Positions 36,892 through 46,788 of a stretch of DNA of 61,482 nucleotides are shown here, piece after piece. The number at the start of each line of letters is the position of its first letter. The first letter of the stretch is position 1. The notes below the pieces were generated by a model. That model did not search any database and was not told where the DNA came from. It saw nothing but the letters and a program-made list of their open reading frames with translations. The stretch lies in the IMG/VR virus record IMGVR_UViG_3300032288_001094, positions 1-61,482 of that record. One strand, 5' to 3'. Both the position numbers and the translations under genes were made by a program. This DNA is from a virus (Duplodnaviria; Caudoviricetes).

Positions 36892-36921
36892 TTGCACGCT
36901 ACCCGGTACCCACTATACACT
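36892..36921 (+). promoter_or_regulatory. Candidate promoter of the packaging operon
   Basis: TTGCAC-18-TACACT upstream of ATG 36955. Confidence 0.4.
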
Positions 36922-36954
36922 CCGCCCAATTACGGACGCAAGCCCCGCATCGAA

Positions 36955-37542
36955 ATGCTTGACCACCTGCTTGATTTTCAGCCCCCGATGGCCACTCTTG
37001 ACGAGGTGGTACCGTTGGACAAGGCGACTTCGGATGAAATCCTGGCCGCTCAAGTATCCACCACAGACTGGCTCAAGGAGATGGGCGCCACCAACGCCGA
37101 AGAATCCCAACAGGCAGTAGCCGCATCCCAAGCGCGGCAGGCTTTTCAGGCCATGACTACCCAGTCACCGGAGGAACAGCGCAAGGCGCTCATCCAGTTG
37201 AAGACTCCACCCGCTGTGCGGCACCTCACGGGCATGTTGGTGGCCTATGACTGGGCGTTTGTGGAGCAGGCCAAGGAGCTTCGCGGCTACGCCGTGAGCC
37301 AAATCCTTGAAGAAACCAAGCACCCCGACGCAAAAATCCGGCTGAAAGCGCTCGATATGCTCGGGCGGGTCACTGAAGTGGCGCTGTTCACGGAGCGGGT
37401 GGAGGTCAAGAAGACCGATCTGTCGGATGCCGAGATCGAAGCCAAGATCAAGGAGAAGATCAACCGCTTCATGGGGGTTACGGACGTCATAGATATCGCG
37501 TCCGAGGACGAAACCACCGCACAAACCCCCGATGAGACTTGA
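36955..37542 (+). CDS. Putative terminase small subunit
   Basis: Directly upstream of and overlapping terL; RLKALDMLG motif. Confidence 0.6.
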   Translation: MLDHLLDFQPPMATLDEVVPLDKATSDEILAAQVSTTDWLKEMGATNAEESQQAVAASQARQAFQAMTTQSPEEQRKALIQLKTPPAVRHLTGMLVAYDWAFVEQAKELRGYAVSQILEETKHPDAKIRLKALDMLGRVTEVALFTERVEVKKTDLSDAEIEAKIKEKINRFMGVTDVIDIASEDETTAQTPDET

Positions 37543-39070
37543 TCAACTCACGTCTCTGACACCGCGCGAGCTTTCGGCCATCCAGGCCGCGCTCCCAACC
37601 CTGTCTCTGCAGGAAAAAATCGAGCTTTTCGACGCTCTGGAGGAAAAAGAGCGCCGGATGTCCAGAAATCTGGCCAAAACCAACCTCATCGGCTTCGCCA
37701 AGCACGTCTATCCGGGGTTTAAGGTGGGGCCCCACCACAAAAAGCTCGCTCGCATCTTCGAGGACGTGCTCGCGGGCAAGAAAAAGCGCGTGATCGTCAA
37801 CATCGCGCCCCGCATGGGCAAGTCAGAGTTCAGTTCCTACTTGTTTCCGGCGTACTTCTTGGGTAAATTTCCCGAGAAGAAGATCATCATGGGCACGCAC
37901 ACAGCGGGCCTGTCTGAAGACTTTGGTCGAAGGATTCGCAACTTGGTTGCGAGTGAGGAGTATGCCGAACTCTTCCCAGAAACCATCATCGCCGAGGATC
38001 AGAAGGCCGCTGGGAAGTGGTCTACATCCAAGGGTGGGCAGTACTACGCTGCGGGTGTTGGTGGCGCTCTGGCTGGTCGCGGTGCTGATCTATTCGTTAT
38101 TGATGATCCTCACTCTGAGCAAGATGTAAAGATCAACAGCCGCCTCGCGTTCGACACGGCGTGGAACTGGTTCCAAACAGGCCCGCTGCAGCGCTTGATG
38201 CCGGGTGGTGCCATCATCGTCATCATGACCCGGTGGTCGCTACTGGACCTTACCGGACGGCTCATCGACTACCAGACCAAGAACCCCGACGCCGACCAGT
38301 GGGAGATCGTGGAACTGCCCGCGATCCTGAACGAGGGCACGGAGAACGAGAAGTCTCTGTGGCCAGACCAGTGGCCACTAGACCAACTCAAATCTAAGAA
38401 GGCCAACCTCGACCCCAGGTTCTGGAACGCGCAGTACATGCAGCAGCCCACGGCAGACTCCTCTGCCATCGTGGGGCGGCAGCACTGGCGGTTATGGCCA
38501 AAAGACGATCCGCCCCAGTGCGAGTACGTGATCCAGTCCTGGGACACGGCGTTCGAGACAAAGACCACCTCCGACTACAGCGCCTGCACCACCTGGGGTG
38601 TTTGGTACAACGAGGAAGAGGGCGACGCCCCGCAGTTGATCCTGCTCGATGCGTTCAAAGACCGGATGGCGTTTCCCGAGTTGAAACAGATCGCGCTCAA
38701 GCATTACAAGGAGTGGGAGCCCGACGCGTTCATCGTGGAAAAGAAGGCCGCAGGCGCGCCGCTGATCTATGAACTGAGGAACATGGGCATCCCTGTGGCT
38801 GAGTACACACCGTCACGCGGCAACGACAAGGTGGTGCGGATGAACGCGGTGGCAGACCTGTTCTTCTCTGGGAAAGTCTGGGCGCCCGACACGCGGTGGG
38901 CCCGGGAGGTGATCGAGGAGATGGCGGCGTTCCCAGTAGGCGAGAACGACGACTACGTGGATACTACGACCCAAGCCCTGCTGCGCTTCCGCCAGGGCGG
39001 GTTCATTAGCCTGGACTCTGATGAGGCCGAGCAGGGCTACTTCACGCCACGCAAAGCGGCGTACTACTGA
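37532..39070 (+). CDS. terL: Terminase large subunit
   Basis: APRMGKS Walker A, LFVIDDPH Walker B, QSWDTA and DDYVD nuclease motifs. Confidence 0.93.
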   Translation: MRLDQLTSLTPRELSAIQAALPTLSLQEKIELFDALEEKERRMSRNLAKTNLIGFAKHVYPGFKVGPHHKKLARIFEDVLAGKKKRVIVNIAPRMGKSEFSSYLFPAYFLGKFPEKKIIMGTHTAGLSEDFGRRIRNLVASEEYAELFPETIIAEDQKAAGKWSTSKGGQYYAAGVGGALAGRGADLFVIDDPHSEQDVKINSRLAFDTAWNWFQTGPLQRLMPGGAIIVIMTRWSLLDLTGRLIDYQTKNPDADQWEIVELPAILNEGTENEKSLWPDQWPLDQLKSKKANLDPRFWNAQYMQQPTADSSAIVGRQHWRLWPKDDPPQCEYVIQSWDTAFETKTTSDYSACTTWGVWYNEEEGDAPQLILLDAFKDRMAFPELKQIALKHYKEWEPDAFIVEKKAAGAPLIYELRNMGIPVAEYTPSRGNDKVVRMNAVADLFFSGKVWAPDTRWAREVIEEMAAFPVGENDDYVDTTTQALLRFRQGGFISLDSDEAEQGYFTPRKAAYY

Positions 39071-39086
39071 TTAGGAAAGGCCAGAC

Positions 39087-41594
39087 ATGGCAACGAACAT
39101 CGACAAGGCGCTGTACTCTGCCCCCACCGGCATCGAAGAGTTGGCGCAGGCAGAACCCGAGCTTGAGATTGAGATCATTGACCCCGAAGAGGTCAACATC
39201 GGCATCGACGGTATGGAGATTAGCCTCACCCCGGAGCCCAAGACCGCTGAGGACTTCGACGCCAACCTCGCTGAGTATCTGGACTCGGGCTTCATTGAGG
39301 GTCTGGGCGGCGACCTGATGGCCGACATCGACCAAGACAAAGCCTCCCGCAAAGAGTGGGAGAAGGCGTACGTGGACGGCCTGAAGTTGTTGGGCCTGCA
39401 GATGGAGGAGAGGACGGAGCCGTGGAACGGCGCCTGTGGTGTGTTCCACCCGATGATCACGGAAGCCGTTGTGCGCTTCCAGTCTGAGATGATCACCGAG
39501 ACATTCCCCGCAGCGGGCCCGGTCAAGACCAAGATCATCGGCAAAGAGACGCCTGAGAAGAAAGAGTCGGCTGTCCGCGTCGAGGACGACATGAACTTTG
39601 AACTCACGGAAGTGATGAAGGAGTTCCGCCCCGAGCACGAGCGCATGCTGTGGAGCCTGCCCGCCACCGGCTCAGCGTTCAAGAAGGTGTACTACGACCC
39701 TAATTTAGGAAGACAAGTTTCCATGTTCGTGCCTGCGGAGGACATCATCCTGCCGTACGGCACCACTGACATGGATACGTGCCGCCGCTTGGCGCACGTC
39801 ATGCGCAAGAGCAAGAACGACCTCGTTAAGTTGCAAGCCGCAGGCTTCTACCGCGAAGTAGAACTGGGTGAGCCGGATAAGAACAAGTCCGACATCCAGC
39901 AGGCCAAGGACAAGGAGACGGGCTTCAGTGATCTCAATGATGATCGCTTCACGCTCATGGAGGTGCACGTCGATCTGCACATCCCAGACGATCCGTTTGG
40001 CGAAGGTGACAGCGAGATCGCTGTGCCCTATGTCGTGACCCTGATCCGGGGCACGAACACCATCCTGAGCATTTACAGGAACTGGAACGAGGATGACCCC
40101 CTCAAGCTCAAGCGCCAACACTTCGTGCATTACCAGTACGTCCCTGGCTTCGGGGCGTATGGCTTTGGCCTGTTCCATCTTATCGGTGGCTTTGCAAAGA
40201 GTGCTACTTCGCTCATGCGTCAGCTTGTTGACGCTGGCACTCTGTCTAACCTCCCTGGTGGACTGAAGAGCCGTGGATTGAGAATTAAGGGGGATGACAC
40301 CCCCATCGCTCCGGGCGAGTTCCGCGATGTCGATGTGGCCAGTGGCAACATCCGCGACAGCATCCTGCCGCTGCCCTACAAGGAGCCGTCCGGCGTTCTG
40401 TATCAACTCCTCGGCAACATCGTTGACGAAGGCCGTCGCTTCGCCGCCACCGCTGACATGAAGGTCAGCGACATGTCGGCCCAGGCGCCCGTGGGCACGA
40501 CCCTGGCGTTGCTTGAGCGTCAGTTGAAAATATTGACGGCAGTCCAGGCCCGCACGCACTACTCGCTCAAGCAGGAGTTCAAGCTCCTCAAGAGCATCAT
40601 CCGCGACTACACCGACCCGGACTACACCTACGACCCTGAGTACGGCACCAAGCGAGCCAAGCAGAGCGACTACGATCAGGTCGATGTCATCCCGGTGAGC
40701 GACCCCAATGCGGCCACGATGTCGCAGCGGGTGGTGCAGTACCAAGCCGTCATCCAGATGGCGCAGATGGCCCCGGATATTTACGACCTGCCGCAGTTGC
40801 ACCGGTCGATGCTCGACGTGTTGGGTATCAAGAACGCGGACAAGCTCGTCCCGCTGCCGGACGAAGAGAAGCCAACTGATCCGGTCACTGAGAACCAGAA
40901 CATCCTCAAGCTCAAGCCGGTCAAGGCGTTCTTGCACCAAGATCACGACGCTCACATCGCTGTGCACAACATGATGATGCAAGACCCGGCGATTGCTGCG
41001 CAGTTGGGCCAGAACCCGCAGGCGCAGCAGTTGTTTGCCGCGCTCCAGGCGCATATTGCTGAACACATCGGCTACAAGATGCGCAAGGCAGTTGAGGCTC
41101 AGTTGGGCATGCCGCTGCCTCCCGAGGACGAGGAACTGCCGCCGCAGATGGAGATCGCACTGTCCACCATGATGGCGCAGGCTGCACAGCAGGTGGTGCA
41201 GCAGAACCAGCAGCAGGCCGCGATGATGCAGGCTCAGCAGCAGGCACAAGACCCCGTGATCCAGATGCAGCAGGCCGAGTTGCAGCTTCGTCAGCAGGAG
41301 TTGCAGATCAAGGCCCAGGAGATGCAGGTCAAAGCGCAGACGGCTCAGCAAGAAATCGCGCTCAAGGCGCAGAAGATGGCCATCGACGCTACGGCTGTTG
41401 CGGACAAGCAGGAGCTTGAGCAAGAGCGCGTCAAGGGAGACCTTCAGCTTCGCGGCATGCAGGTGGCAGCGGAGATTGAGAAAGACAAGGCCAAGATGCA
41501 GGCCGACAGTGAGCGTGATGGCGTCCGGCTGGGCGTCGAGATCGCCAAAGCCCGTGCTGATACAGCACGCCAATCCACTAGGAACACCAAGTGA
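39087..41594 (+). CDS. Portal protein (P22-like, long C-terminal coiled coil)
   Basis: 835 aa after terL; GSAFKKVYYD, YGFGL; Gln-rich C-terminal barrel. Confidence 0.8.
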   Translation: MATNIDKALYSAPTGIEELAQAEPELEIEIIDPEEVNIGIDGMEISLTPEPKTAEDFDANLAEYLDSGFIEGLGGDLMADIDQDKASRKEWEKAYVDGLKLLGLQMEERTEPWNGACGVFHPMITEAVVRFQSEMITETFPAAGPVKTKIIGKETPEKKESAVRVEDDMNFELTEVMKEFRPEHERMLWSLPATGSAFKKVYYDPNLGRQVSMFVPAEDIILPYGTTDMDTCRRLAHVMRKSKNDLVKLQAAGFYREVELGEPDKNKSDIQQAKDKETGFSDLNDDRFTLMEVHVDLHIPDDPFGEGDSEIAVPYVVTLIRGTNTILSIYRNWNEDDPLKLKRQHFVHYQYVPGFGAYGFGLFHLIGGFAKSATSLMRQLVDAGTLSNLPGGLKSRGLRIKGDDTPIAPGEFRDVDVASGNIRDSILPLPYKEPSGVLYQLLGNIVDEGRRFAATADMKVSDMSAQAPVGTTLALLERQLKILTAVQARTHYSLKQEFKLLKSIIRDYTDPDYTYDPEYGTKRAKQSDYDQVDVIPVSDPNAATMSQRVVQYQAVIQMAQMAPDIYDLPQLHRSMLDVLGIKNADKLVPLPDEEKPTDPVTENQNILKLKPVKAFLHQDHDAHIAVHNMMMQDPAIAAQLGQNPQAQQLFAALQAHIAEHIGYKMRKAVEAQLGMPLPPEDEELPPQMEIALSTMMAQAAQQVVQQNQQQAAMMQAQQQAQDPVIQMQQAELQLRQQELQIKAQEMQVKAQTAQQEIALKAQKMAIDATAVADKQELEQERVKGDLQLRGMQVAAEIEKDKAKMQADSERDGVRLGVEIAKARADTARQSTRNTK

Positions 41595-41785
41595 TCCAAG
41601 AATTCGCACGCGTATTGCGCGACCAAATACGCAACGACATGAACAACTACGCCGATGACTTGGCGGGTGGTTCGTGCCGCTCCTTTGAGGAATATCAGAA
41701 GCTCTGCGGCGTCATCCAAGGTCTGGCGATGGCGGAGCGTTACATCCTTGACCTTGCAAAGAAAGCCGAAGATGCAGATGACTGA
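41591..41785 (+). CDS. Conserved small protein
   Basis: LAGG..SFEEYQKLCGVIQGL; coupled between portal and GroES. Confidence 0.7.
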   Translation: MIQEFARVLRDQIRNDMNNYADDLAGGSCRSFEEYQKLCGVIQGLAMAERYILDLAKKAEDADD

Positions 41786-42212
41786 AGCAGGACTACTGCT
41801 ACCCCCAGGGATTACCCTGCCCCAAACGATCCAACCGCAGGAAGCCCCTGCCGAGGACGCAAGCGACGAGCAAAAAGCTACCCAGCTTCCCGAGCCCACG
41901 GGCTGGAAGTTGCTGTGCATCGTACCCGATGTTTCTCAGACTTTTGAGAATTCATCGTTGCTGAAGGCCGACTCCTTCATGAAGCAGGAAGAACACGCCA
42001 CCACGGTGCTGTTCGTGCTGAAGGTTGGGCCCGACGCATACAAAGACACCGCCAAGTTTCCCAACGGGGCATGGTGTAAGGCTGGAGATTTTGTCCTCGT
42101 GCGCACCTACTCGGGCACACGGTTCAAGATTTACGGCAAGGAGTTTCGTCTGATCAATGACGATCAGGTCGATGCTGTTGTGCAAGACCCTCGCGGCCTC
42201 ACCCGCGCTTGA
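41778..42212 (+). CDS. groES: GroES-like co-chaperonin
   Basis: PTGWKLL, VLKVGPDAY, KAGDFVL, YSGT, EFRLINDDQV fit the Cpn10 pattern. Confidence 0.8.
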   Translation: MTEAGLLLPPGITLPQTIQPQEAPAEDASDEQKATQLPEPTGWKLLCIVPDVSQTFENSSLLKADSFMKQEEHATTVLFVLKVGPDAYKDTAKFPNGAWCKAGDFVLVRTYSGTRFKIYGKEFRLINDDQVDAVVQDPRGLTRA

Positions 42213-42223
42213 AGGAGTGATTT

Positions 42224-43186
42224 ATGGCAATCGATAAAGAAGAGTTCAAGTTCCCTGACGAGAAAGACACCGACATTAAGGTCGAGATCGAAGGCGAAGG
42301 CGAAGGCGATGTAGAGATCGAAGTCGTTGACGATACGCCTGAGCGAGATCGCGGTCGCAAACCCCTGGACAAAGAGGTTTCAGACCCTACCGACGAGGAG
42401 ATTGAGTCCTACTCGGACAAGGTGCAGTCTCGCATCAAGGAACTGACGCACGCACGTCACGACGAGCGCCGTCAGAAAGAGGCTGTGGCCAGGGAAAAGG
42501 CTGAACTGGAGCGTCTTGCACAGCAGCTTATCGCCGAGAACAACCGGCTCAAGCACAGCTACAACGAAGGCCAGGAGGTTCTGGTTAACTCTGCCCGCAA
42601 GGAAGCGGAGTCCGAACTAGAAATGGCGCGTCGCAAACTGAAGGAAGCCCAAGAATCCTTCGACACCGACGCCATCATTGCGGCTCAGGAGTCGTTGGCC
42701 GAGGCCAAGTATCGTGTTGAAGAAGCCAAAAGATTCCGTCCGCAGGCTTTACAGACCCGAGAAATTCCGGTACAAACTCAGCAACAACCACAAACTCAGG
42801 TTCAACCCGACGAGAAATCCCTGCGCTGGCAGGCTAAAAACCAGTGGTTCGGGCAACCTGGGTTTGAGGAATACACCAGCTACGCACTAGGGCTGCACCA
42901 GAAGCTAGTCAACGGGGGTGTTGACCCTCGCTCCGATGAGTATTTCGACCAGATTGACGGTCGCATGAAGTCGAAGTTCCCCGAAATTTTCGGTGGTAAC
43001 GAAGACAAGCCGAAGACGGGTGAGGTTCAAAAGAAACCCACTACGGTCGTGGCTCCCGCCGCCCGCACGACGAGCGCCGGAAAAATCCGTCTGACCCAAA
43101 CACAAGTTGCTTTGGCTAAGAAGCTGGGCCTGACCCCACAGCAATACGCTGCACAAGTGGCAAAACTGGAGAACCGAAATGGCTGA
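42224..43186 (+). CDS. Putative capsid scaffolding protein
   Basis: Acidic N-terminus, coiled coil, C-terminal LTQTQVALAKKLGLTPQQYA; upstream of the capsid gene. Confidence 0.65.
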   Translation: MAIDKEEFKFPDEKDTDIKVEIEGEGEGDVEIEVVDDTPERDRGRKPLDKEVSDPTDEEIESYSDKVQSRIKELTHARHDERRQKEAVAREKAELERLAQQLIAENNRLKHSYNEGQEVLVNSARKEAESELEMARRKLKEAQESFDTDAIIAAQESLAEAKYRVEEAKRFRPQALQTREIPVQTQQQPQTQVQPDEKSLRWQAKNQWFGQPGFEEYTSYALGLHQKLVNGGVDPRSDEYFDQIDGRMKSKFPEIFGGNEDKPKTGEVQKKPTTVVAPAARTTSAGKIRLTQTQVALAKKLGLTPQQYAAQVAKLENRNG

Positions 43187-43634
43187 AACTCAAAACCGTA
43201 TGCCTCGTGACTTGCAGTCACGCGAAAAATCTGCTCGGGTTGTGTATACACCTCCGAGTTCGCTGCCCGACCCGACTCCTGAGCCGGGGTATTCGTATCG
43301 TTGGATCGCTACGCATATTCTGGGACAGGCAGACCCCACCAACGTGTCTCGCAAGTTGCGCGATGGTTGGGAACCGGTTAAGGCGGCAGACCATCCTGAA
43401 CTGATGCTGGTGGGTAACACCAATGGCAACGTCGAGATCGGTGGACTGATGCTGTGCAAACAACCGACCGAAAGGGTCCAAGCACGGGATGAGTACTACC
43501 AGAGACAGGCGCAAGCTCAGATGGATTCAGTGGACAACCACTTCATGCGAAACAATGATCCACGGATGCCGTTGTTCTCGGATCGCAAGTCCAGTTCGAC
43601 GCGCGGAGGTGGGTTCGGTTCTGGTTCCAAATAA
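43179..43634 (+). CDS. Conserved head-module protein
   Basis: GYSYRWI...GWEPV...GGLMLCK. Confidence 0.7.
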   Translation: MAETQNRMPRDLQSREKSARVVYTPPSSLPDPTPEPGYSYRWIATHILGQADPTNVSRKLRDGWEPVKAADHPELMLVGNTNGNVEIGGLMLCKQPTERVQARDEYYQRQAQAQMDSVDNHFMRNNDPRMPLFSDRKSSSTRGGGFGSGSK

Positions 43635-43645
43635 GGAGTCTTTAC

Positions 43646-44254
43646 ATGGCTGCTACCGCCGCACCTTACGGTCTTAAGCCCGTAAACCGTGTTGACGGCC
43701 TCCCCTATGCCGGAGAGACGCGTCAACTTCTAATTGACCCCGCCGGTTACGGCACCAACCTGTTCTATGGCCAAGTTGTGAAGATTCACACTGACGGCTA
43801 CATCAATCTCGTGACTGAGACTGGTGGAACGGGTGACGCATTCCCCGCAGGCACCATTGGTGTCTTCGTGGGTTGCTCGTACACCAATACGCAGGGTCAG
43901 ACTGTGTTCGCTCAGTACTACCCCGCCAACGCCCTGAACGGTGTGGCATACGTCGTGGATGATGACCGCGCCGTGTTCCAAGCCCAGGCTGATGGCTCGG
44001 TTGGTCAGACCAAGCTGGGTCAGAACATGTTCTTCGCCGCTGCTCAGAGCGGTACGGCAGGCACGGGTGGCTCTACCACCTCGGGCAACTCGCTGTCGGC
44101 CCTGAGCGCCACGTCGCAAGCTGGCACCGCTGGCTTCCGTCTGGTCGGTTTCGTCAACGCTCCCGGTTCGACCGTGGGTGATGCCAAGACCGATGTGTTG
44201 GTGAAGTTCAACATCGGCCAGCATTCGTACACGAATGCAACTGGCGTTGCCTGA
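43646..44254 (+). CDS. Putative capsid decoration/minor head protein
   Basis: APYGLKPV, GVFVGCSY; immediately before the major capsid gene. Confidence 0.55.
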   Translation: MAATAAPYGLKPVNRVDGLPYAGETRQLLIDPAGYGTNLFYGQVVKIHTDGYINLVTETGGTGDAFPAGTIGVFVGCSYTNTQGQTVFAQYYPANALNGVAYVVDDDRAVFQAQADGSVGQTKLGQNMFFAAAQSGTAGTGGSTTSGNSLSALSATSQAGTAGFRLVGFVNAPGSTVGDAKTDVLVKFNIGQHSYTNATGVA

Positions 44255-44270
44255 TAAGGAGTGATCTGAA

Positions 44271-45200
44271 ATGGCAATCTCTCGTGCCCAACTACTCAAG
44301 GAACTCCTGCCCGGTCTGAACGCCCTGTTCGGCATGGAGTACGCTCGCTACGGCGAAGAGCATAAGGAAATCTACGAGACTGAAAAGTCCGAGCGTTCCT
44401 TTGAAGAAGAAACCAAGCTGGCTGGCTTCAGTGCCGCTCCGGTGAAGAACGAAGGTCAGGCAATCCAGTACGACAACGCACAGGAAGCCTTTACCGCTCG
44501 TTACAACCACGAGACTATCGCCCTTGGCTTCTCGATCACCGAGGAAGCAGTGGAAGACAACCTGTATGACAGTCTGTCTGCCCGCTACACCAAGGCTCTG
44601 GCCCGTGCAATGGCGTACACCAAGCAGGTGAAGGCCGCTTCGGTGATCAACAACGGCTTCAACGGCACCTATGCCGGTGGTGACGGTGTTTCGCTGTTCG
44701 GCAACAACTCGTCTGGCACCCGTGTGGGCCACACCCTGGTTTCCGGTGGTGTGAACTACAACAGCCCGACCGTTGGTGTGGACCTGAACGAAACCGCCCT
44801 TGAAAACGCTGTGATCCAGATCGCAGCGTGGACGGACGAACGTGGTCTGCTGATCGCCGCCAAGCCCACCAAGATGGTGATCCCGCCCTCGCTGATGTTC
44901 GTTGCCAAGCGTCTGCTTGACACCGAACTGCGCGTGGCTACTGCTGATAACGACATCAACGCTATCAAGCAGATGGGTGCCATCCCCGGTGGCTACACCG
45001 TCAACCACTTCTTGACCGACACGAACGGCTGGTACCTGCTGACCGACGTTCCCAACGGCATGAAGCATTTCGAGCGTGTGGCCATGTCCACCTCGATGGA
45101 CGGTGACTTCGACACCGGCAACGTGCGCTACAAGGCCCGCGAGCGTTATTCGTTCGGCTGGTCTGATCCGCTGGGTATCTGGGGTTCTCCCGGAGCCTAA
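44271..45200 (+). CDS. Major capsid protein (Mu gpT-like, HK97 fold)
   Basis: MAISRAQLLKELLPGLNALFG...RYKARERYSFGWSDP; strong SD; followed by a terminator. Confidence 0.85.
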   Translation: MAISRAQLLKELLPGLNALFGMEYARYGEEHKEIYETEKSERSFEEETKLAGFSAAPVKNEGQAIQYDNAQEAFTARYNHETIALGFSITEEAVEDNLYDSLSARYTKALARAMAYTKQVKAASVINNGFNGTYAGGDGVSLFGNNSSGTRVGHTLVSGGVNYNSPTVGVDLNETALENAVIQIAAWTDERGLLIAAKPTKMVIPPSLMFVAKRLLDTELRVATADNDINAIKQMGAIPGGYTVNHFLTDTNGWYLLTDVPNGMKHFERVAMSTSMDGDFDTGNVRYKARERYSFGWSDPLGIWGSPGA

Positions 45201-45211
45201 GTGGTTCTACG

Positions 45212-45243
45212 GAAAAGGGGGCTTCGGCCCCCTTTTCTTTTTT
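45212..45243 (+). terminator. Rho-independent terminator
   Basis: GAAAAGGGGGC-TTCG-GCCCCCTTTTC followed by a T run. Confidence 0.9.
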
Positions 45244-45271
45244 CTGCGGCGGGTGTATAAACTCGACAGTC

Positions 45272-45340
45272 CCAAGATTCCAACCTGCTTGCTGACCGGC
45301 TTGGCGGACTGACCTCACAGACAGCAAGCGCAATTTGAGG
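45272..45340 (+). ncRNA. Candidate double-pseudoknot RNA downstream of the capsid gene (possibly the Mu-gpT-DE motif)
   Basis: Three crossing helices, three GAC linkers, last helix covers the SD of the next gene. Confidence 0.6.
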
Positions 45341-45349
45341 AATTGAAGC

Positions 45350-45655
45350 ATGGCTTCCACTACCTTCTCCGGCCCGGTTACTTCGACCAATGGCTTTATC
45401 GGTTCCATCACGGGCAACATCACGGGTAACGTGACGGGTAACGTGACTGGTAATGTCACGGGCGCTCTGACCTCGACCACCACGACTTCGGCCGCACTTG
45501 GTGCAATCGGCAATGCGGTTAATACGTCCGGCAAGGCTCTGGGCAAAACCCTGTACAACACCACGACCAAGACTTTCTACGTGGCGCAAGGCTCCACTGC
45601 GGGCAGCACGTGGATTGATGCAGGCGACGGCACTACGACCATCACTCCTGCCTAA
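45350..45655 (+). CDS. Virion protein (MASTTFSGPV type) with GN[IV]T repeats
   Basis: 101 aa; GSIT-GNIT-GNVT-GNVT-GNVT. Confidence 0.7.
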   Translation: MASTTFSGPVTSTNGFIGSITGNITGNVTGNVTGNVTGALTSTTTTSAALGAIGNAVNTSGKALGKTLYNTTTKTFYVAQGSTAGSTWIDAGDGTTTITPA

Positions 45656-45667
45656 TAGGAGCGCATC

Positions 45668-46168
45668 ATGGCGATGCAATATGACGTTAAATCAGCGCAC
45701 CTAGCTGCGTCTGGTGTAGCGGTCAGCTACCGTACGCGTCTCAAGGGTGCGATTGTTTCGGCCAATGCCAGTGCTGCCACGCGCAACACGGTGTACGCCA
45801 ACAATCTGGCTCAGACCGGCACGTACGGGCGTTCAACCACCACGGTAACGGTGACCATCACTGATCACGGGCTTGCCACTGGCGACCGCGTATGGCTGTC
45901 TTTTTCGGCAGGCACTGGCGGCACGGCGACGACCAACGTGTACGCTGTGACGGTATCCAACGCCAACACGTTCACGGTTACGGATACTGCGTCGGGCACC
46001 ATCACTGGAAGTCCTGCAGTTACCATGTACGCCGATCTCTTGTTGGAGGCTGACTCGTACAACCCGACAGCGTTCAACGTGATCATTCCCGGTGAGGGCA
46101 TCCTGGCCGAGAACGGTATCTACGTTGGCTTGGTCAGTAACGTCACCACGACGATCTTTTATGGCTAA
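45668..46168 (+). CDS. Putative virion protein with an inserted beta domain
   Basis: MAMQYDVKS...IPGEGIL...TIFYG; AGGAG SD. Confidence 0.65.
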   Translation: MAMQYDVKSAHLAASGVAVSYRTRLKGAIVSANASAATRNTVYANNLAQTGTYGRSTTTVTVTITDHGLATGDRVWLSFSAGTGGTATTNVYAVTVSNANTFTVTDTASGTITGSPAVTMYADLLLEADSYNPTAFNVIIPGEGILAENGIYVGLVSNVTTTIFYG

Positions 46169-46415
46169 ATCACCGGCATGGCAGCGCAAGGAAGGGAAGA
46201 ACCCCAAGGGCGGCTTGAACGCCAAGGGGCGAGCCTCCTACAACGCCGCGAATCCAGGGAAGCCCGGACTGAAGGCTCCACAGCCGGAGGGCGGGCCACG
46301 CCGCGACTCTTTCTGCGCCCGCATGAAGGGTATGAAAAAGAAGTTGACGAGCGAAAAGACCGCAAAAGATCCGAATTCGAGGATTAACAAAAGCCTGCGG
46401 GCTTGGAACTGTTAA
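46161..46415 (+). CDS. Small basic protein (DUF6321-like)
   Basis: MAKSPAWQRKEGKNPKGGLNAKGRASY...RRDSFCARM. Confidence 0.7.
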   Translation: MAKSPAWQRKEGKNPKGGLNAKGRASYNAANPGKPGLKAPQPEGGPRRDSFCARMKGMKKKLTSEKTAKDPNSRINKSLRAWNC

Positions 46416-46424
46416 GGAAAACCC

Positions 46425-46787
46425 ATGGCACTCGAAAATTTCCGTAAGATTGCGGCGAACTACAAAGACGATCCCGACGTTCAAGCCATGCTTCAGCGAG
46501 CCGAGCAACGGGCGGCAGCGGCACCCAAGCCCATGCCCCGTCCGATGCCCACAAAGCCTCGTCCTGGGACTACTTCGGACAGGCCGGTCGGTGGTCGTGT
46601 TGTTATGTCCGGCAACACCCCCGCGCCCACCCCTGGTGGTGTAGGTCGCGGCACCCCGATGACCATGCGCAAGGGTGGCAAAGCCGAAGGCATGAAGAAG
46701 TATGCCAATGGCGGCTCAGTTGGCTCTGCTTCCAAGCGTGCTGATGGCATTGCCTCACGCGGAAAGACCAAGTGCAAGATGTACTGA
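46425..46787 (+). CDS. Small basic virion-associated protein
   Basis: MRKGG, YANGG, RADGIASRGKTK. Confidence 0.65.
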   Translation: MALENFRKIAANYKDDPDVQAMLQRAEQRAAAAPKPMPRPMPTKPRPGTTSDRPVGGRVVMSGNTPAPTPGGVGRGTPMTMRKGGKAEGMKKYANGGSVGSASKRADGIASRGKTKCKMY

Positions 46788-46788
46788 C

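Noticed and set aside
39705-41609. Long antisense ORFs (this one, 13332..15272, 16436..17917 and similar)
   Set aside because: Shadows of GC-rich codon usage opposite well-supported genes; no motifs or ribosome-binding sites
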